Shown: positions 59,761-64,000 of the stretch, piece by piece
How positions within the stretch are numbered: position 1 is the stretch's first letter
How the letters are laid out: each line of letters opens with the position of its first letter
Assembly (NCBI GenBank): GCA_963803435.1
Contig: CAWDML010000008.1
Location: 352,001-416,000 of the forward strand
Direction of reading: 5' to 3'
Origin: an uncultured delta proteobacterium
Lineage (GTDB): Bacteria > Myxococcota > Kuafuiibacteriia > Kuafuiibacteriales > Kuafuiibacteriaceae
DNA length: 64,000 nt
Translations under genes and position numbers: made by a program
Notes under the pieces: model-generated
The model's database searches: none
Seen by the model: only the letters and a program-made list of their open reading frames with translations
Told to the model about the DNA's origin: nothing

Positions 59761-59795
59761 TGCAGGGGCTGCATCCGGCGGGTGCGTGAGCTGCA
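59761..59795. promoter_or_regulatory. Putative enhancer (UAS) pair
   Basis: TGCAGGGGCTGCA (59761-59773) and imperfect TGCGTGAGCTGCA (59783-59795). Confidence 0.55.
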
Positions 59796-59805
59796 CAACC
59801 GAGGA

Positions 59806-60729
59806 TCACAGGGCCTTCTCGGCCGTCAGCATCTCCTTCAACTGATCGAGCCAGGGTGCGAGCTTCCGCCGGGTGAACGCGACCATGGGTCGGTTGTCCG
59901 CGCCGACGCCGAAGCCCGCCGTCATGATCCCGGCCGCCACCTGCCGCCGGATCCCCTCAGCGACCAGCGCCACGCCCCGCTGCAGGATGCGATGATCGGG
60001 ATGCACGAAGAGGCGCCCATACACCAGACGGTCCGGCTTCGGCCGATGAACCACCGACCAGCCCACGATCACGCGGGATCGAAGGATGACGAGGCTCGCG
60101 ATCGGATCCACCGGCTCCTTCGGGAAGGGCCCGAGCAGCTCCGGATACCAGCGCTCGCGCCGGAGCTTCTTCATGGCCTTCTTCTCCACGTCGAAGAACG
60201 GAACGGTCTCCTGATCCGAAGGGAGCGGGACCTTCATCAGGGGCGAACCGGAGATCTTCGGCCACGACCCGCGGCACACCAGGGTCCCCGCCAGCGGCCA
60301 CGCCCACCCCGCCGCTTCGAGGGCGTGATGGACGGCCTTCTCCTCGGCGTCGTAGGTGGCCGTGATCTTCGTGGCGCCGCGGGCGGCCAGGAAGCGGTCG
60401 AGCGCCGCGATCAACCCCGACACCACCCCACGACCGCGATGCTCCGGCTCCACGAAGACGAAGCGGAGCTCTGCGGTGGTGGTCCCTGGAGGGTGAAGGA
60501 GATTGGCCAGCCCGATCAGGTGGCCGTTCTCCACCGCCGCCACGGTCAGCTTGTTCGGATCATCCTCGTCCTCGAAGGCGTCGTGGCCGATCACGCGGTT
60601 CTTGTCCCTCAGCCTGCGTAGGCGCTGCAAGTCGGCGTCCGCTCGCAGGGACGCTTCGAACCGAGGCGCAGACCGGCGCGATCGGCGTGTAGGCCCCCGG
60701 GAGCGGCCCGGGCCGCATGGTAGTAGCAT
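59806..60729 (-). CDS. GNAT acyltransferase, paralogue of 57742..58536 (start uncertain)
   Basis: FVFVEPEHRGRGVVSGL; WYPELLGPF..EPVDPIASLV.....IVGWSVVHR...LVYGRLFV. Confidence 0.75.
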   Translation of the reverse strand: MLLPCGPGRSRGPTRRSRRSAPRFEASLRADADLQRLRRLRDKNRVIGHDAFEDEDDPNKLTVAAVENGHLIGLANLLHPPGTTTAELRFVFVEPEHRGRGVVSGLIAALDRFLAARGATKITATYDAEEKAVHHALEAAGWAWPLAGTLVCRGSWPKISGSPLMKVPLPSDQETVPFFDVEKKAMKKLRRERWYPELLGPFPKEPVDPIASLVILRSRVIVGWSVVHRPKPDRLVYGRLFVHPDHRILQRGVALVAEGIRRQVAAGIMTAGFGVGADNRPMVAFTRRKLAPWLDQLKEMLTAEKAL

Positions 60730-60735
60730 CCGCCG

Positions 60736-61323
60736 GTGCGCGTGCTGAACGTCGGCGGCGGACCTCGGACCACGGCGATGCCCCCGCACTACGCGACCTA
60801 CGAGCAGGTCTGGCTCGACGTCGACGAGAGCCTCGCGCCTGATCTCCTCCTCGACGCACGGCGTCTCACCGAGCTCGAGCCGGAGGGCTTCGACGGTGTC
60901 TACTGCGCGCACAACCTCGAGCACTACTACCCGCACGACGTTCCGGTGGTCCTCGCCGGCTTCCTTCATTGCCTCGCTCCGACCGGGATCGCCGAGATCA
61001 TCGTCCCTGACATCGGCGCGGTGGTGGAGCACATGGTCGCGCACCGGATGGACCTCGAGGACGTGCTCTACCCGTCCGAGGTCGGTCCGATCACGATCCG
61101 AGACGTGATCTACGGCTACGGCCGCGAGATCGAGACCAGCGGGCGGGACTTCTACGCCCACAAGACCGGCTTCACCGCCCGCTCGCTGGAGCAGGCGCTC
61201 GAGGCCGCCGGCTTTTCCCACCGGACGATCCGATCAGGCGCCTACTTCGAGGTCCACGCCTTCGCGAGCGCCTCCGCCGAGCGCCTGGGTGAGACGAGCT
61301 CCTGGAAGCGGTTCTATCCATGA
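60736..61323 (+). CDS. SAM-dependent methyltransferase (Methyltransf_11-like)
   Basis: VLNVGGG, FDGVYCAHNLEH, IIVPD, AHKTGFT. Confidence 0.8.
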   Translation: MRVLNVGGGPRTTAMPPHYATYEQVWLDVDESLAPDLLLDARRLTELEPEGFDGVYCAHNLEHYYPHDVPVVLAGFLHCLAPTGIAEIIVPDIGAVVEHMVAHRMDLEDVLYPSEVGPITIRDVIYGYGREIETSGRDFYAHKTGFTARSLEQALEAAGFSHRTIRSGAYFEVHAFASASAERLGETSSWKRFYP

Positions 61324-63077
61324 AGCGCAACTACGTCGGGCTCGCCTGCTCGTTCCATGATCCCGCGCTCGCGATCGTCGATGCGCAAGGCGAGGTGGTC
61401 TTTGCCGAGGGTGCGGAGCGGGCGCTCCAGGACAAGCGCGCGATGAACGCGCCACCGGATCCGATGCATCGGATCGGCCGGTTGATCGAGGCGCACTGCG
61501 ATCGGGACGCGCAGATCGTGATCGCCAAGAGCTGGAGCGGCGCCCATCTGCCGCTGCGCCAGGTGATGCATCACCTGGTCCGCTTCGTGGAGAATCCGCC
61601 GGACCTCTACTTCGGCGTCCCCACCCGCAAGGCGTCGTCGCCGGCGGAGCGGCTGCTGCTCGGCTCGCTGGCGATGTTTCAGGACGCGAACGCGAACGCG
61701 ATCGAGCAGGCCGGCGTGAACCTCCAGTATCGGCTGCGCGAGATGCGCGCCGATTGGTCGAACCCCGCGCTCCAACGCACCTTCGATCATCACCTCACCC
61801 ACGCGGCCGCGGCCTGCTACTCGAGCCCCTTCTCCGAGGCCGTCTGCGCGGTGCTCGACGGCTGGGGCGAGCACTCGTCGGTGGCGTTCTACGCGTATCG
61901 CGACGGCCGGCTCCTCCCCATCGAGGCGCCGATCGGCGACGGCAGCCTCGGCCTGTTCTACATGTTCCTCTGCCAGGCCTGCGGCTTCGATCCGCTCGCC
62001 GGCGAAGAGTGGAAGGTGATGGGCCTGGCGTCCTACGGGGAGCGCGACGATCGCCTCTACGACTTCCTGCGCTCGATGCTCGAGTACGCCGACCTCTGCC
62101 TGCGCGTGCCGGACGACTACTCGGCCCGGCTGCAGGCGCTGTTGTTCGAGATGGGCCGGCGGCCCGGTCAATCCGCCCTGGCGGTGGCCGATCTGGCGCG
62201 TACCGGCCAGGAGGTCTTTCAGGACGTCTCCGCGCTGCTCCTGTCCGATCTCTTCGAGACGTGCACCTCGAAGAACCTGGTGCTGACCGGCGGCTGCGCG
62301 CTGAACTCCTCGTGGAATGGGCTGATCCTGGAGCGGACCGAGTTCGAGCGGCTCTACGTCTTTCCGGCACCGGCGGACGACGGCAACGCAGTGGGCGCGG
62401 CGCTGCTGGCGCACCGCGCAGATCATCCGTATCACCCGGCGGCCGCCACCGTGCGGAGCCCGTACCTGGGAAGCGAAGTGGATCCGCTGGACCTCGATCG
62501 GATCGAGACCTACGGCCACTTCCGCAACCAGCTCGAGCCGGGCCGCGCGATCCACGAGCGGACCGCCGAGCTCCTGGCCGAGGGCAAGATCGTGGGCTGG
62601 ATGCAGGGCCGCGCCGAGTTCGGGCCGCGCGCGCTGGGCAACCGATCCATCCTCGCGGATCCGCGACCTGCCGACATGAAGGACCGCATCAACGCGACCG
62701 TGAAGTTCCGCGAGGAGTTCCGTCCGTTCGCGCCCTCGATCCTCCACGAGCACGGCGCCGGATGGTTCGAGCACTATCAGGAGTCGCCGTACATGGAGCG
62801 GACGCTGCGCTTCAGGCCCGAGGTGGTGGAGAGGGTACCGGCGGTCGTTCATCGCGACGGCACCGGCCGGCTCCAGAGCGTCCGGCGTGACTGGAACCCG
62901 CGCTTCTACGACCTGATCCGGGCCTTCTGCGATCTCACCGGGGTGCCGCTCCTGCTCAATACCAGCTTCAACGTGATGGGGAAGCCGATCGTCCATTCGG
63001 TCCAGGATGCGGTGATCGTGTTCCTCACCAGCGGCCTCGACGCGCTCGTGATCGGCGATCGGCTCTATCTCAAGTAG
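61320..63077 (+). CDS. Carbamoyltransferase (NodU/CmcH family)
   Basis: HDPALA, HHLTHAA, EWKVMGLASYG, GGCALN, GRAEFGPRALGNRS, KFREEFRPFAPS, LLNTSFN. Confidence 0.95.
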   Translation: MKRNYVGLACSFHDPALAIVDAQGEVVFAEGAERALQDKRAMNAPPDPMHRIGRLIEAHCDRDAQIVIAKSWSGAHLPLRQVMHHLVRFVENPPDLYFGVPTRKASSPAERLLLGSLAMFQDANANAIEQAGVNLQYRLREMRADWSNPALQRTFDHHLTHAAAACYSSPFSEAVCAVLDGWGEHSSVAFYAYRDGRLLPIEAPIGDGSLGLFYMFLCQACGFDPLAGEEWKVMGLASYGERDDRLYDFLRSMLEYADLCLRVPDDYSARLQALLFEMGRRPGQSALAVADLARTGQEVFQDVSALLLSDLFETCTSKNLVLTGGCALNSSWNGLILERTEFERLYVFPAPADDGNAVGAALLAHRADHPYHPAAATVRSPYLGSEVDPLDLDRIETYGHFRNQLEPGRAIHERTAELLAEGKIVGWMQGRAEFGPRALGNRSILADPRPADMKDRINATVKFREEFRPFAPSILHEHGAGWFEHYQESPYMERTLRFRPEVVERVPAVVHRDGTGRLQSVRRDWNPRFYDLIRAFCDLTGVPLLLNTSFNVMGKPIVHSVQDAVIVFLTSGLDALVIGDRLYLK

Positions 63078-63999
63078 GCGGCGCGACGAACCGGCCCTTC
63101 GCGTCGAAGACGTGCGTGAGCCTCTCGATCGCCGTGTAGGCGCCGTAGCGTTGCAGCACGTGGTAGACGGCGCTCCAGGACGTCGGCTGCCAGGGATAGC
63201 GGTGCTCCGACAGCAGCAGCTCCATCGACCTTCGGGTCGCGAACAGCGGGAGGCGCCAGCGACGCTGCTCGTTCTCGCGCGAGAGTCGATCCAGATAGGC
63301 CGCAGTCTCGAAGTCGCGGATCATCCGCATTCGCGACGAGGAGAAGATGAGCCCCGAGTTGTAGACCAGCGAGCCGAAGATGAACTGCTCGTTCGGCGGG
63401 AGCTCCTCCAGGCGCCTCTTCTCCGCCTTCAAGAGCTTGGCGGCGGCCAGCTCCTTCTCGTAGACCCACATGACGGTGGTCCCCGCGATCGCCTCCTCGA
63501 ACGTCATGTCGCGGCGGAGGCGGGGCCCGCGATCGCTCCGATCGACGAGCGCGCGCAGGCCGGTCCCCAGGCGTCGATCCAGACGTGCCAGCAGCTCGGG
63601 CTGGCGGAGAAAGCCGATGGAGATGTCGTCGAGGCCGATGCCTTGAACGGGATGGATGTGGGCGAGGTCGTGGGTCTCGGGCTCGGACAGCAGCAGCGCT
63701 CCGCCCTCGGCCAGGAACGTGATCGCAACCTCCATGTCGGTGATGCGCTGCTTGGAACCTCGCTCCGTGAGCACGCGATTGCTCTCGTCGACGCACGCCT
63801 GGATCGTCCGTCGCATCGTCGACTCGAGCGCGGCGGTGTCCCACTTCTCGTCGAAGAACCCGAAGTAGCGCTTGGGAAAGACTCCGGAGCTCACGAACTT
63901 CTCCGCCTTGAACAGCTCGTAGTCGATGACGGTGCGGCGGAGCGAGTCGGCGTCGAGCGGGAAGGGATGGTCGTCCTTCGCGAGCGACAGCTTGTCGAT
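63070..63999 (-). CDS. Hypothetical protein (partial; frame open to the window edge)
   Basis: The frame of ORF 63070..63894 stays open upstream to 63999; coding-like codon usage. Confidence 0.6.
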   Translation of the reverse strand: MDKLSLAKDDHPFPLDADSLRRTVIDYELFKAEKFVSSGVFPKRYFGFFDEKWDTAALESTMRRTIQACVDESNRVLTERGSKQRITDMEVAITFLAEGGALLLSEPETHDLAHIHPVQGIGLDDISIGFLRQPELLARLDRRLGTGLRALVDRSDRGPRLRRDMTFEEAIAGTTVMWVYEKELAAAKLLKAEKRRLEELPPNEQFIFGSLVYNSGLIFSSSRMRMIRDFETAAYLDRLSRENEQRRWRLPLFATRRSMELLLSEHRYPWQPTSWSAVYHVLQRYGAYTAIERLTHVFDAKGRFVAPPT

Positions 64000-64000
64000 G

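Noticed and set aside
1-64000. Many long overlapping or antisense ORFs (e.g. 6399..8270 -, 13009..14760 +, 36283..38286 +, 61314..62996 -)
   Set aside because: These are shadow ORFs typical of high-GC DNA: Arg/Gly/Pro-rich or antisense to well-supported genes, with no motifs. No tRNA, rRNA or CRISPR array was seen.

Overview
This is a GC-rich bacterial window whose gene content suggests Myxococcota or a similar deltaproteobacterium (several Ser/Thr kinases, FHA/VWA, AgmX-like and Cys-rich lipoproteins). Positions 1-47.9 kb are mostly mixed housekeeping and accessory genes: acyl-CoA dehydrogenase, apaH, htpG, cyclophilin, a multiheme cytochrome, Fur-boxed bfd-bfr, an S8 protease and four kinases. 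A CTAG-flanked, inverted-repeat-bounded decayed element (IS1182 remnant plus a truncated four-helix-bundle gene) sits at 47.9-49.2 kb. The most unusual region is 49.2-63.1 kb. It holds an operon of a SycD/LcrH-like type III chaperone, a 359-aa protein with a C-terminal DUF1843-like domain, a TIGR03913/splicease-type radical SAM-SPASM enzyme and a small Cys protein. Next to it are genes for needle/filament-like paralogues and small hydrophobic translocator-like proteins, preceded by sigma54-type promoters. These are interleaved with modification enzymes (GT-like protein, nucleotidyltransferase, two GNATs, methyltransferase, carbamoyltransferase). My hypothesis is a type III secretion substrate island whose products are post-translationally modified by RiPP-type chemistry. 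No T3SS export-apparatus genes are in the window. Five genes carry single-base frameshifts, four at GATTC sites that revert to GATC, probably sequencing artefacts. All family calls come from motif recognition, not database searches.
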